Source: Candidatus Latescibacterota bacterium
Lineage (GTDB): Bacteria; Latescibacterota; UBA2968; GCA-2709665
Assembly: GCA_965226795.1 (NCBI GenBank)
Contig: CBDDDZ010000005.1
Coordinates: 160,001 to 224,000, forward strand
Direction: 5' to 3'
DNA length: 64,000 nt
This document shows positions 30,514 to 40,868 of this stretch, piece by piece (within the stretch, counting starts at the first letter, position 1; the number at the start of each line of letters is the position of its first letter). The notes under the pieces are model-generated. The model did not search any database. It was not told the DNA's origin and saw nothing but the letters and a program-made list of their open reading frames with translations. The translations under genes were made by a program, and so were the position numbers.

Positions 30514-33500
30514 ATGTTAAATCTGGCGTTGTACAGAAATGGCAGCCGGCCGTACGTGAGCAGCATTTCGTACAACCACCACGCGTCCAGGATCAACGAT
30601 GGAACCAGGCCGGACGAGCAGGCCTCCACGAGCGATACGGCCTGGGCTTCGGCGTCGGAACGATTGCCGCAGTGGGCGGCGGTTGTGTTTCCGAGGTTCG
30701 CCCGGGTTGACCGGGTAGTGATATACTGGGGCAAAGGACGTTTGCCCGAGTCCTCCCGCAGGGTCGAAGTCCAGGGCAGGGTTGACGGCGCCTGGGTCGC
30801 CATCGCGGCGGTGAACATCCCGAAGCCCGAGCCGGAGACGGTATCGGTTTTTGATCCCGTACAGGTCGAGGCGGTACGGATATGGCAGAACGCGGACGGA
30901 GGCCCGGAATCAACACCGGGCCGGATACATGTCGCGCAATTAGAGGCATACGGCTCGTTTGTGGAAGGTCCAGCGGTGGATTTTCAGAGAATCCGGGATG
31001 CACTGCGAGAGGAATGGGAGCGCAATTACCGGGAGGCGCGGCGGGAGATCACCCGGGAGGTATTGCAACGGATCGATCGGTCTCCATTGGAACGCCAGCG
31101 GGTCGGGCCGGTGAGAGCGGAAGAAATCGCGCGGGCACGGCGGAACCGGGCTTCGACCGCGTGGGGCAGGACGCAGGCGGAGAAGATCCTGAAGGACGCG
31201 TCGTGGTGGCTGGACAAAGACGATGAGTTCATCTACGGGATGATACCCACACAGAATCCGCGAGCGATTTCACCGAGCTATGAGCGGGGTTGTCCGATCC
31301 ACGGCGGGGGGCGCAAATGCATGCGGACGAATACGGCGCTGAAGTACAGCTGGCAGTGCGCAATCGGAGGAGAGCGGTGGTACAACGGGGCGGTTGTACA
31401 CAATCCGGCAACGGGAGAGCGGGTGGAGGTGTGGGACGACGACGATGGTTGGATAGCGCCCGAGGGATTCGCCAACCCCGGTACGACCTACCACTTCAAT
31501 TCCGCGTGGCGATACTACGCACTCTCAAGGTTGTTTTTTCATCCCTACGAGCAGACGATCCCGTCTCCGGATGCCTATACGGGCGACACGGCCATCGTAC
31601 AGTTATCCCGCGCCTATGCAATAACAGGAGACGAGCGGTACGCGCACAGGGTCGGTGTCATGCTGAACCGGCTGGCGGAGGTCTACCGGTTCTTCAATGG
31701 AACGGTGGACGAGCAACGTCCGCTGACACGGGGGTATCTGGTGCAGGTGAGTTGGGAGGAGATGCCCATATACAACTGTATGGCGGCGTACGACCTGGTG
31801 ATGGACTCGATGTTGAAAGACGAAGCGCTTCTGGCATTCTTCAAGTCGAAGGGCAACTGCGACTACAACCGGGACGGGCGGGAGGATTTCGAAGGCATCC
31901 GGCACAATATCCGGCACAATCTGTTTGGCTATATGTATGAGTGGCTGCACCGGGCCATGGCGATCCAGAAGGGGGACTATATCATTCGGGAGGGGATGGT
32001 TCTCTGGGCGCTGGGCGCCGTGCTTGGCAATGAGGAACTGGTTGACGAGGCCATCGAAGGGCGGTATGGGCTGGCCGTGAATCTGACCAACAACACGTTC
32101 CGGGACGGGAAGTGGTGGTACGATGCACCCGGTTATGCCGTGAGTTCGGTTACACGGGTAATTCTGGATCGCCTGTTTGCAATGAAGGGCACTGATCGGA
32201 TCGGGGATTCCCGGCTGCGGATTCGGGAGTCGATCGAATTCGGTCGGAATATCGTTTGTGATGGACGGATTCCCGCAATCGGCGATACGGGCGGCGCCGA
32301 TTCGAGGATGAAAGTGCTGGATCCGTTCGCAAGCTGTGACATTGAAGAACTGGCATATATCCACACGGGGGACGACGAATATCGAACCCGTCTGCTTGCG
32401 CTTTCGGAAGGGAACGTGGATCGGGTCAGAGAGCGTTACGCCGACGCCAACTTTCTGTTTCACGCGGATCCGGTTCGAGGCACAACCCTGCCTTTTGTGC
32501 CACGGACGGCCCTCTTTCACGATTCCGGCATCGCGATTTTGAGGACGGGAGGCGATATTGCGTCGCGGAAGCACCTGGTTTTGAACTACGGAAAGGGCAG
32601 CGGCGGGCACGGTCACCGGGACAAGCTGGGGATCAACCTTATCACGTTCGGGTATGATCTGGCGTGCGATCTGGGGTATCCAACGACGTTTACACACAAG
32701 AAAGTGGACGGTTGGGAGAAGCACACCGCCAGCCATGCGACCGTTTGCATCGACGGGCGGGCTCAGGAACTCGCCACGGGCAGCTTGCGGTTCTACGGAC
32801 GTACGCCAGGAATGCAGGCCGTCTGCGCATCCGGAGAAGGGGCGTATCCGGGATGCGCGGAGGTGTACGAACGGACGCTGATGATGGTGGACGCGCCGGG
32901 CGCCGACGCGTATGTGGTTGACCTCTTCCGCGTGCGTGGCGGAGCGACGCACGACTATATGTTCCGGAGTTTGAGCGGGGACGACGGCGAGAATTTCAGG
33001 ATTGGAATTCCCTTCGGGGACTGAGACGGTGCGCCAGGCTCGAGGCACGGCCGCGGGTGAGGATGTCGCATTCGGGACATCGCCGGGATTGGGATACATC
33101 AAGGATGTCTCCCGGACGGTCTGTGATGGATTGTGGTCTGCCGCGTGGCGGGTGGGGGACGAGGAGAATACGGGCATTCGGCTGACGATGCTGGGGGGTT
33201 CCGACCGGGAAATTATCAACGGAAAGGGAGAAGGATACGGATTTTTTGGGCAGAGTCCCTGGGACGCATGCGTTGCTGTCAGACAATCGAGCGGTGGTGG
33301 TGAGTCCATTTTTGTGGGCGTACTGGAACCGTTCCAGGGCAGCCCCTTCGTCAGGTCGGTGGAAGCATTGACAGTCTCCGGCGGTATCGGCGCGAAGGTG
33401 TGCCTGGATGGAAGAACCGATTACGTGTTTCTCAGGTTGGAGAAGGGTTCGGTCTGCACAGCGGAAATCGACGGGGTTCCCGTGGCGTTCGACGCGGAGG

Positions 33501-34156
33501 TGGCGAGGATTACCGTGTATGTGTCGGGCGGGTGTGACCTGCAGATGGTACAGGGCGTCCGGTTGCGGTTTGGAGACGAGATCCTCGAAGGCGCCGCATT
33601 ACCGGCCGGCCGCGTGGATGCCGTTGACCCGGAAGGCCGGTCGGTCGACGTGACCCTGGATTCCGTTGACGGGATTGAGGACGGGGATGTGATGGTTTTC
33701 AGGAATCCAGCCTATATCTGCAATTCCAGCTACGAGGTCATCAACACTATAGCGATGGATGGAAACCGGTACCGGATCGGGTTGAATATGTCTCTGAATC
33801 TTTCGGAGGGGGTGGTGCGATCCGTGGACCGGGAGAGAGGGTTGTTCGCAACGGACACCTGCATGACCAAGCTGGAAGCCTGCTCCGGACTGTTCGACGG
33901 AAAGGCGATCCGCACGTCCGTCAAAGCCGTAGGGGCGATTGAGACGGCGGGGCCCGACATTCCGGGTCCGGAAGAACGGACGTTTGCGAGCGGGATGGGC
34001 GGCAGCGATCCGGCGACCGGCACGATCAACTATTTTCGGTTCCAGGATCCGCGCTCGGGTTCCGGGTTGAATGTGGGGGACCGGTTTCTGGTATGCGACC
34101 TGAATGCGGGCGATCGATTCGAGGTGATGCGATCGGCCCACCGGACCATCCCGTAA
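30514..34156 (+). pseudogene. Heparinase II/III-like polysaccharide lyase with N-terminal discoidin-like domain, split by a +1 frameshift near 33000
   Basis: Alpha-toroid region, PAIGD, GHGHRDKLG, DLGYP, TASHATV, YERT, DLFRVRGG.THDY. The second frame continues without an RBS/ATG (LEFPSGTETVRQARGTAAGEDVAFG). Confidence 0.75.
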
Positions 34157-34173
34157 GAACAGACTCGGAAGAG

Positions 34174-34290
34174 AAAAAAATGGCCATTACCAGAGGCCCC
34201 AAGGTAGTGGTATTTGCGGGCTGAAGATCGATTGAACGATTTTCAGGTGCCGCTAAAGGTTGGCTACCTCTGGTGCCTGGGCAATGGCTT
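34174..34290 (-). ncRNA. Candidate small RNA, rod-shaped with central bubble (6S/SsrS-like architecture, unusually short)
   Basis: Own promoter immediately upstream; nested pairing gccattgcc/ggtaatggc, aggc/gcct, cca/tgg, aggtag/ctacct, bubble, gcgg/ccgc, ctgaa/ttcag, atcg/cgat; ends in T7; no ORF. Confidence 0.6.
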
Positions 34291-34297
34291 GCGGGAC

Positions 34298-34326
34298 AAG
34301 ATAGACCTGCAATAGCGGGATGTCAA
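34298..34326 (-). promoter_or_regulatory. Sigma70-type promoter of the candidate sRNA
   Basis: TTGACA-17 nt-TATCTT on the minus strand. Confidence 0.7.
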
Positions 34327-34372
34327 TGAGAAAACGCCGATCGTCCGATGCCCCCGATGGTCCGGTTTAATC

Positions 34373-34696
34373 CTATGTCAACTTGCCGTGGACCGCAATC
34401 CAGATGCAGGGGGGATCTGCGCTTGTGTGTTCCACGCGGTGTCTCTTGCGGGCCGGAATGAGGAGATGGTCGCCCGCGCGCAGGTTCAGGGTCGGGCCGT
34501 CTTCGCAGGCGAGGATGGCCTCGCCCTGAAGGAGTACGACCCATTCGTCCCGTTCCTGGTCGTACCACTCGCCCGGGGGGGTGGCCTGTCCGGTGGAGAC
34601 GATACGTTCGATGAGCACACCCCGGTCCGGGATGAGGCGGGTGAACTGCTCTTCATCCTCCAGAGGGGTCGGAAGATCGTAGATATTGGCGGTCAT
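34373..34696 (-). CDS. Small cupin domain protein
   Basis: IERIVSTGQATPPGEWYDQERDEWV...IPARKRHRVEHT; overlaps the thiE 3' end. Confidence 0.85.
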   Translation of the reverse strand: MTANIYDLPTPLEDEEQFTRLIPDRGVLIERIVSTGQATPPGEWYDQERDEWVVLLQGEAILACEDGPTLNLRAGDHLLIPARKRHRVEHTSADPPCIWIAVHGKLT

Positions 34697-35333
34697 GAGC
34701 GAGCGGTTGAGCGGCCTTGATGAGGGTGTTGAGATTTTGGGTGGCGGCTTCGGGGTCGGCATGGCAGCAGACGGCTGATATGACGGCGATGCCGTGGGCC
34801 CCGGACGTCACCACGCCGGCCGCGTTTCCTGCGCCGATACCGCCGATGGCAATAACGGGCGCCTGGACGGTTCGGGCGAAATCGGCCAGCTTTTCCAGTC
34901 CCTGGGCGTCGCCGGCGTCGTTTTTCGAGCCGGTTGGAAAGATGGGCCCGAATCCCACGTAATCCGCGCCGTCCGCGATGCCGCGCCGGGCTTCGTCGAG
35001 ATTCCCTGCGGACACGCCGATGATCCGATCGGCGCCGAGGAGATTTCGGGCAAGCGCAACCGGGAAGTCGTCCTGGCCGAGGTGTACGCCGTCGGCTTCG
35101 GCGGCGAGGGCGACATCGACTCTGTCGTTTACAATGAGGGGAACGCTCCTCCGGGCACAGATGTCACGCATCGCTCGAGCGGTCTGGATCAAATCGCGCG
35201 TGTGGCCGGTTTTCTGTCGGTATTGCACGGTGTCGGCGCCGCCCGAGACTGCCAGCCTGGCCAGATCGGCGTGAGTGTATCGGGTCTGCAGAACGGTGTC
35301 CGTAAGAACGTGGAGGGCGCCGATTTTTTTCAT
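34653..35333 (-). CDS. thiE: Thiamine-phosphate synthase
   Basis: VQYRQK, LIVNDRVD, GVHLGQDD, GPIFPTGSK, AIGGI, AVISA. Confidence 0.93.
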   Translation of the reverse strand: MKKIGALHVLTDTVLQTRYTHADLARLAVSGGADTVQYRQKTGHTRDLIQTARAMRDICARRSVPLIVNDRVDVALAAEADGVHLGQDDFPVALARNLLGADRIIGVSAGNLDEARRGIADGADYVGFGPIFPTGSKNDAGDAQGLEKLADFARTVQAPVIAIGGIGAGNAAGVVTSGAHGIAVISAVCCHADPEAATQNLNTLIKAAQPLAHDRQYLRSSDPSGG

Positions 35334-36127
35334 CCATCGCCCTCCAGGAAGAAGAAATGATGGGTGGGCCCGTGGCCGCGGCCGATGGAGAGACCGTGGC
35401 GAATGGCTTCGGTGACGTACGTTTTCGCGTTTTCGACGGCCGATACGAGAGGCTGGCCTTTGGCGAGGTTTGCCGCGATGGCGGCCGAAAGGGTACAACC
35501 CGTGCCGTGCGTGTTCCGGTGGGGAATTCGTTCGCCGGAAAAAACGGTTTCTTCGGATCCGTCAAAGAGTACGTCCACCACGGCTTCGGGATCGAGCAGA
35601 TGGCCGCCTTTAACCAGCACGGCCCCGGGGCCCGCATCGTAGATGATACGCGCCGCCGCCTTCGCGTGGTCCAGGGTTTCGACGGGCATTCCTGCCAATA
35701 CCTGAGCCTCGCGCAGGTTGGGTGTGACTAGCGTGGCCAGGGGCAGGAGGTGCTGTTTAACGCTCGCGACGGCTTCCGGTTCGAGCAGGTCGAAGCCGCT
35801 AGAGGAGACCATGACCGGGTCCACCACCAGGTTGGAAACCTGGTGTTCGGCGAGTTTCTCGGCGACAAGGTTGACCGTTTGCCCGGATGAGAGCATGCCG
35901 GTCTTCACCGCGGAAACGTCGAAGTCATCGAAAATTGCGTCTATCTGGGCTTCGATAAGGTCCACGGGCAGGTCGAACGACCTCCTGACCTCCCTCGTGT
36001 TCTGGGCGGTAACCGCTGTGATGACCGACAGGCCGTAAACGCCGTTGGCGTGAAAGGATTTGAGGTCGGCCTGGATGCCGGCGCCCCCGCCGGAGTCGGA
36101 CCCGGCAATGGAGAGAACCTGTTTCAT
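35330..36127 (-). CDS. thiD: Hydroxymethylpyrimidine/phosphomethylpyrimidine kinase
   Basis: IAGSDSGGGAGIQADLK, VDPVM, TPNLREA, KGGH, THGTGCT. Confidence 0.96.
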   Translation of the reverse strand: MKQVLSIAGSDSGGGAGIQADLKSFHANGVYGLSVITAVTAQNTREVRRSFDLPVDLIEAQIDAIFDDFDVSAVKTGMLSSGQTVNLVAEKLAEHQVSNLVVDPVMVSSSGFDLLEPEAVASVKQHLLPLATLVTPNLREAQVLAGMPVETLDHAKAAARIIYDAGPGAVLVKGGHLLDPEAVVDVLFDGSEETVFSGERIPHRNTHGTGCTLSAAIAANLAKGQPLVSAVENAKTYVTEAIRHGLSIGRGHGPTHHFFFLEGDG

Positions 36128-36789
36128 GTGGGCTGCGGATGACGGGCACAGGGGGCTGAAGCCCAGGCCTCCAGGTAGCCGCTCACGGCGCACCGAATAT
36201 CCTCAGCGGCGAGGATACCCGACATGACGGCCACGCCCGCGGCGCCCTCACCCTTGCACGCGGCAACCCGTTCGGGCGTGATGCCACCCAGGGCATAGAC
36301 AGGAAGGGGTGAGCATCCCGTGGTCCGGCGAAGGGCCAGGGGTCCGGAGCCAGGACCGTATCCCGGTTTCGAGACCGGAGTGTGGATCGGGCTGAAGGTG
36401 AGAAAATCTGCGCCGTCAGCCTCCCTGCATTCCTTTCTGTTGTGCGTTGAACGACCGATCAGCAGGTGGTTTCCGTATTGTTGTCGAATTCCGGATGGGG
36501 TGGGGCCGATTGCGGGAAGATGGACGCCCGCCGCGCCGATATCGCACGCAAGCCCCGCATGCGTGTTGACGAGCAGGCGCGCGCCGTAATTCTCGACCCG
36601 GCGCTGGAGCCGGACGGCCAGGTGACGGAGCGCGCGGATTTCGAGGCGTTTTTCCCGCAACTGGACGAGGCGGACACCGGCGTCCAGCGCTTCCGCGAGA
36701 ACGTCCTCCAGCGCACGGGGCGCACACGTCTCGCGGTCTGCGATCAAATAGAGCGGCGGCAACCCTATCGCATGGGCTGTCTCATTCAT
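36124..36789 (-). CDS. tenI: ThiE-fold protein, probably thiazole tautomerase TenI
   Basis: QLREK present, but VNTH replaces VNDR and GVHLP replaces GVHLGQ; directly follows thiG. Confidence 0.6.
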   Translation of the reverse strand: MNETAHAIGLPPLYLIADRETCAPRALEDVLAEALDAGVRLVQLREKRLEIRALRHLAVRLQRRVENYGARLLVNTHAGLACDIGAAGVHLPAIGPTPSGIRQQYGNHLLIGRSTHNRKECREADGADFLTFSPIHTPVSKPGYGPGSGPLALRRTTGCSPLPVYALGGITPERVAACKGEGAAGVAVMSGILAAEDIRCAVSGYLEAWASAPCARHPQPT

Positions 36790-37561
36790 GGCTGACCGCG
36801 CCCTCCATGGGCGTGGATGCCGTGGCGTAGAGTTTTTGAGGGATGCGTCCGGCCTCGTAAGCGAGGCGGCCCGCACGGACGGCGTGGCCCATGGCTTTCG
36901 CCATGAGCACGGGGTGGCGGGCCCCGGCCACCGCCGTATTCAGCATGACGCCGTCGCAGCCGAGTTCCATCGCGACGGCGGCATCGGAGGCGGTGCCCAC
37001 CCCGGCGTCGACGATAACGGGGAGGTCGACCGTGTCCAGGATAATGCGGAGATTGTAGGGGTTGCGAATGCCCATTCCGGAGCCGATGGGCGCGCCCAGC
37101 GGCATCACCGCGGCACAGCCGACGTCTTCCAGTTTCTTGCAGGTAACGGGGTCGTCGTTGCAGTAAGGCAGCACTGTAAAGCCGTCCTGAATCAGTTCGT
37201 CCGCCGCCTCCAGCAGCCCCGCGACGTCCGGGAAGAGGGTGTTCTCGTCGCCGATGACCTCCAGCTTGATCAGGTCGGTTTCCAGGGCTTCGCGTGCGAG
37301 TCTGGCCGTGAGCACGGCGTCCCGGGCGGTGAAACATCCCGCGGTATTCGGCAGCAGCGTATATTTCTCGCGGTTGATCAGATCGATCAGGCTCTCGCCG
37401 GAAGAATCCTCCAGGTTGATCCTCCGGATGCCAACGGTTACGATTTCCGCGCCGCTGGCGCGGATAGCGTCCAGCATGACCTGCATGTTGGGGTACCGCG
37501 CCGTCCCGATAATGAGACGGGAACCGTACGTCGTCCCTGCAATGGACAGACCATCAGACAT
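36782..37561 (-). CDS. thiG: Thiazole synthase
   Basis: [38 protein letters not shown]. Confidence 0.97.
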   Translation of the reverse strand: MSDGLSIAGTTYGSRLIIGTARYPNMQVMLDAIRASGAEIVTVGIRRINLEDSSGESLIDLINREKYTLLPNTAGCFTARDAVLTARLAREALETDLIKLEVIGDENTLFPDVAGLLEAADELIQDGFTVLPYCNDDPVTCKKLEDVGCAAVMPLGAPIGSGMGIRNPYNLRIILDTVDLPVIVDAGVGTASDAAVAMELGCDGVMLNTAVAGARHPVLMAKAMGHAVRAGRLAYEAGRIPQKLYATASTPMEGAVSHE

Positions 37562-37642
37562 ATTTACCCTCTGTGAAAAACGGTTCGGACGTAGGGGCCG
37601 CCTGAACCGGATGCCCTTTCGACCTGGTCGACAATGGGGTCA

Positions 37643-37871
37643 TGGTGTCCTGCCCCGAAAATATGTCACCATTCTTCCGCCGGTTCATCCCGCCTCGCCG
37701 CGGTTGCTGAGCTTGTCGAAATGCCCACGTTTCGACAAGCTTCGACACCCTTCGACAAGCTCAGGGAACTGGATCAGGTTGCACCGTTCGGTGCCCTTCG
37801 CCGACCCTTCGACAAGCTCAGGGAGCGGCCAAGGGTCCTCGGTCTGCGGGTCCGGCCAGGACAAAACACTA
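37643..37871. mobile_element. Family B MITE copy 3 (inverted), carrying several CTTCGACAAGCTCAG units
   Basis: Left end TGGTGTCCTGCCCCGAAAATATGTCACCATTC is the reverse complement of the family B right end. Right end ...AAAACACTA overlaps the thiS TAG. Confidence 0.65.
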
Positions 37872-38075
37872 TCCACCCTGTACCGCGGCGATGATGTCCA
37901 CCCTGTCCCCGCTCCCCAGGCGCGTAGACGACCACTCCGCTCTGGATACGATTTCTGCGTTGACGGCTACCGCGATACCCCTGCGGCCGGGGTCGTGCGA
38001 TAGGTCGATCAGCAGATCACGTATGGAAATGCCGTTGTCGACGGTTCGGTTTTCTCCGTTCAAAGTGATCTGCAT
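37869..38075 (-). CDS. thiS: Sulfur carrier protein ThiS
   Basis: MQITLNGE...IAVAVNAEIV...GDRVDIIAAVQGG with C-terminal GG. Confidence 0.95.
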   Translation of the reverse strand: MQITLNGENRTVDNGISIRDLLIDLSHDPGRRGIAVAVNAEIVSRAEWSSTRLGSGDRVDIIAAVQGG

Positions 38076-38086
38076 GGCGTCTTGTT

Positions 38087-39223
38087 TCAGGCGAAGAAGC
38101 GGTCGATGCCGAAGGCTCGAATTTCTTCCGGCGTGTTGCCGGTGAGTACAAGCTCCGCAACGGCATCGGCGGTGATGGGCGCCAGAAGGATGCCCTTGCG
38201 GTAGTGGCCCGTTGCCATAATAAGGCCGTCGACGGGGGTTTTTCCGAGGATTGGTGCGTCGTCCCGGCTGCCCGGTCGAAGACCGGCGGCGGTTTCGATA
38301 ATCGGAAGGTCGTAGATTCCCGGAACGACCTCCCATGCGGCGCGCAGAAGTTCGAAAATGCCGCCCGCCGTCAGGCTTCCATCGTAACCCATTTCTTCGG
38401 AAGTGGCCCCCAGCACCAGACGCCCTCCGTCTTTCGGACACAGGTAGGCGACCGCCGATGAGGCGGTTCGGTTGTACCATACGATTGTTTTCAGCGTGCA
38501 GTCGTCGGTCATTTGCAGGCGGAGGATCTGGCCCCGCACGGGGCGCACCGGGGGTTTGGCGGCGTCGGGCAGGCCTGGAATGAGACGGGACCAGCACCCG
38601 GCGGCGAGGATGATAGTCGCCGCCGGGTGGTTTTTGTCTCCGGCCCTTACGCCGTGCACGCGGTTCCGGGCGATGTCGATGGTCTCGACCGGAGTGGCTT
38701 CCTTAAGGGATCCGCCCGCCTTGAGAAATGCCCGACGCAGGGCTTCGACCAGCAGACGATTGTCCACCTGATGGTCTCCCGGGCACCAGACCGCGGCGCC
38801 GATCTGAGGCGAAAGATGAGGTTCCCGCGCGCGCGCTTCGGCTCCGTTCAGCCATTCGACGGGCAGGCCCAGGTCCTGCTGATAGTTGTAACGGAAACGG
38901 AGGTATTCGATATCGTCGCGGGTGACGCCCACCAGAAGGACGCCGTCGGGGCGATAGGCGACGGACAAGCCGCTTTCGGATTCGAGTTCCGCGACAAATT
39001 TCGGGAAACGACGTAGACTCTTCAGGCCAAGCCGCAGGAGCGATTCTTCCTCGTGACGCACCTCGGCCAGCGGGGTGAGCATACCGGCGGAAGCCCGGCT
39101 CGCGGCCTGGCCCGCCCGGTCTCTTTCGAAGATCAGGACGTCCCGCCCCGCCCTGGCAAGCCGCCATCCGATTCCGAGCCCGATGATGCCCGCGCCGACA
39201 ATAATGATCCGGTCCGATGGCAT
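38087..39223 (-). CDS. thiO: Glycine oxidase ThiO
   Basis: GAGIIG, ASRASAGML, PVRGQ, GLRPGS.DDAPILG, TGHYRKGILLAP. Confidence 0.95.
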   Translation of the reverse strand: MPSDRIIIVGAGIIGLGIGWRLARAGRDVLIFERDRAGQAASRASAGMLTPLAEVRHEEESLLRLGLKSLRRFPKFVAELESESGLSVAYRPDGVLLVGVTRDDIEYLRFRYNYQQDLGLPVEWLNGAEARAREPHLSPQIGAAVWCPGDHQVDNRLLVEALRRAFLKAGGSLKEATPVETIDIARNRVHGVRAGDKNHPAATIILAAGCWSRLIPGLPDAAKPPVRPVRGQILRLQMTDDCTLKTIVWYNRTASSAVAYLCPKDGGRLVLGATSEEMGYDGSLTAGGIFELLRAAWEVVPGIYDLPIIETAAGLRPGSRDDAPILGKTPVDGLIMATGHYRKGILLAPITADAVAELVLTGNTPEEIRAFGIDRFFA

Positions 39224-39235
39224 CCGATGAAATCC

Positions 39236-39275
39236 CAAAAAAGCCGCCGCCTTCGATGTGGTCGAAAAGCGGCTG
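39236..39275 (-). terminator. Riboswitch expression-platform terminator
   Basis: Minus strand AGCCGCTTTTCGA...TCGAAGGCGGCGGCTTTTTT between aptamer and thiO start. Confidence 0.6.
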
Positions 39276-39287
39276 GGGTGCGGTTTT

Positions 39288-39366
39288 TCGACTCCCTGCG
39301 CCGGCATAATCCGGATCAGGTTCAAAGGGTATGTTCTCAGCTCGGCGGGCGAGCACCCCTGCGTTG
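39288..39366 (-). promoter_or_regulatory. TPP riboswitch (THI box)
   Basis: AGGGGTGC...CTGAGAACATACCCTTTGAACCTGATCCGGATTATGCCGGCGCAGGGA upstream of the thi operon. Confidence 0.95.
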
Positions 39367-39374
39367 TCAAGGTT

Positions 39375-39403
39375 AAGATAGCGGTTCGGCCGCCCTCAGT
39401 CAA
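39375..39403 (-). promoter_or_regulatory. Sigma70-type promoter of the thi operon
   Basis: TTGACT-17 nt-TATCTT just upstream of the aptamer. Confidence 0.65.
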
Positions 39404-39626
39404 GCGATTCCGCTTGACATCGACGGATGATTGATTATTAAGAATGGTAAGGCGCGAGACGTAAGAGGTAAGAGGACCGCCCCCCACGTCGTTGTTTTTT
39501 GCCTTGTCTCACGTCTTGCATCTTGCCGTGGCGTCGTGTGGATGGGCGGGCTGACTGCTGAAATCTCTTTTCGCAGCAGCCGAAAGCGTAAACTCATCAC
39601 GTCTAACGCTTTTCAGGGAGGACCAT

Positions 39627-40823
39627 GTGGCGGATTTCAAACTGAAGGTTCACGCCGGCCCGCACCGGCGCGTCGGATGTCCCGTATCCGCGTTCGTGGG
39701 ACGATCGGGGGAAATGCAGCATTTCTTCGATTCTCCGGATCGACTGAGGCACCGGGAACGGACGGGAACGCTGGTGAGCCAGGATGGCGAGACAACGTGC
39801 CAGGTGCAACGTGAGGAAGACGGGGCGCGGGTCAGCTGGATTGTGGACGATCTGCCGGTGGGCGAGACAGCGCACTACGACCTGGATTTCGGGAGACAGG
39901 CGGCGTCCGGGAGCGGGGTTGAGTTATCGGAAGCCGACAACAGGATCCTGGTGCGGATCGACGGCGCCTGCTTTACGAGCTATTGCTTCGGGAAAGACGT
40001 GGTGAGACCGCACCTCTACCCGGTAATCGGTCCGTACGGCGACGGAATCACGCGCAGGCTGATTAAACCCGGGGAGGGTGACCATCATCACCACCGCTCC
40101 ATCTGGATTTCGCATGGCCACGTGAACGGATGGAATAACTGGGGAGAGGGAGAGGGGCACGCGTGGACCCGGCACCAGCGATTCGAGGGCCTGGAAAGCG
40201 GTCCGGTCTACGGCCGGATCGTATCGATCAGTAACTGGGAAGGTGCTGATGCCTGGCGCGGAGAGCACGGGTCGAACGTGATCTGCGAGGAACGGGCGGA
40301 GTGGACGTTTTACCGTACCGCGACGGACGTTCGGATCTTCGACTTGCACCTTACGCTGACCGCGCCGAAGATCGACGTTCTCTTCGGCGACACGAAGGAA
40401 GGCGGCATGGCGTCGATTCGAGTGGCCGAATCCATGGAAGTGCGAGCCGGCGAAGGGGGAAAGATCGAGAACGCGATCGGGGGCGTCAACGAGGATGAGA
40501 CCTGGGGCAAACGAGCCGCATGGTGCCACTATTCCGGGCCGGTGAACGGCAACCGCGTGGGTGTCGCCATTATGGACCATCCCGACAGTTTTCGGCATCC
40601 CACCTACTGGCACGTGCGCAACTACGGCCTGATGACGGCCAATCCCTTCGGTCACTCACAGTTTCACGGCGACCCGAAACGGCGGGGGAACCACGTGCTT
40701 CCGCCCGGCGAGTCCCTTACGGGCCACTACAGGTTCTACGTGCACAAAGGAGACGCCGCCGAAGGTCAGATCACAGACCGCTATCACGACTTTGCGCATC
40801 CGCCGATCGTGGAGGTGGGGTAG
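39627..40823 (+). CDS. DUF6807 / PmoA-family-named beta-sandwich protein (not a methane monooxygenase)
   Basis: RPHLYP, DHHHHRSIW, GDTKEGG, YWHVRNYGLMTANPFG; GGAGG RBS, GTG start. Confidence 0.75.
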   Translation: MADFKLKVHAGPHRRVGCPVSAFVGRSGEMQHFFDSPDRLRHRERTGTLVSQDGETTCQVQREEDGARVSWIVDDLPVGETAHYDLDFGRQAASGSGVELSEADNRILVRIDGACFTSYCFGKDVVRPHLYPVIGPYGDGITRRLIKPGEGDHHHHRSIWISHGHVNGWNNWGEGEGHAWTRHQRFEGLESGPVYGRIVSISNWEGADAWRGEHGSNVICEERAEWTFYRTATDVRIFDLHLTLTAPKIDVLFGDTKEGGMASIRVAESMEVRAGEGGKIENAIGGVNEDETWGKRAAWCHYSGPVNGNRVGVAIMDHPDSFRHPTYWHVRNYGLMTANPFGHSQFHGDPKRRGNHVLPPGESLTGHYRFYVHKGDAAEGQITDRYHDFAHPPIVEVG

Positions 40824-40868
40824 ACAACATACGCAGGGCGCCGACTCACGGAAGGCAGGTATTGCCCG

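Noticed and set aside
34174..34290. SRP 4.5S RNA or a simple terminator
   Set aside because: It lacks the conserved SRP helix-8 motif (CAGG...GGAA...AGCAG). It has its own promoter and is far longer than a terminator hairpin.
39627..40823. Particulate methane monooxygenase subunit
   Set aside because: Soluble-looking protein with no TM helices and no pmoB/pmoC; the PmoA family label is a naming artefact.
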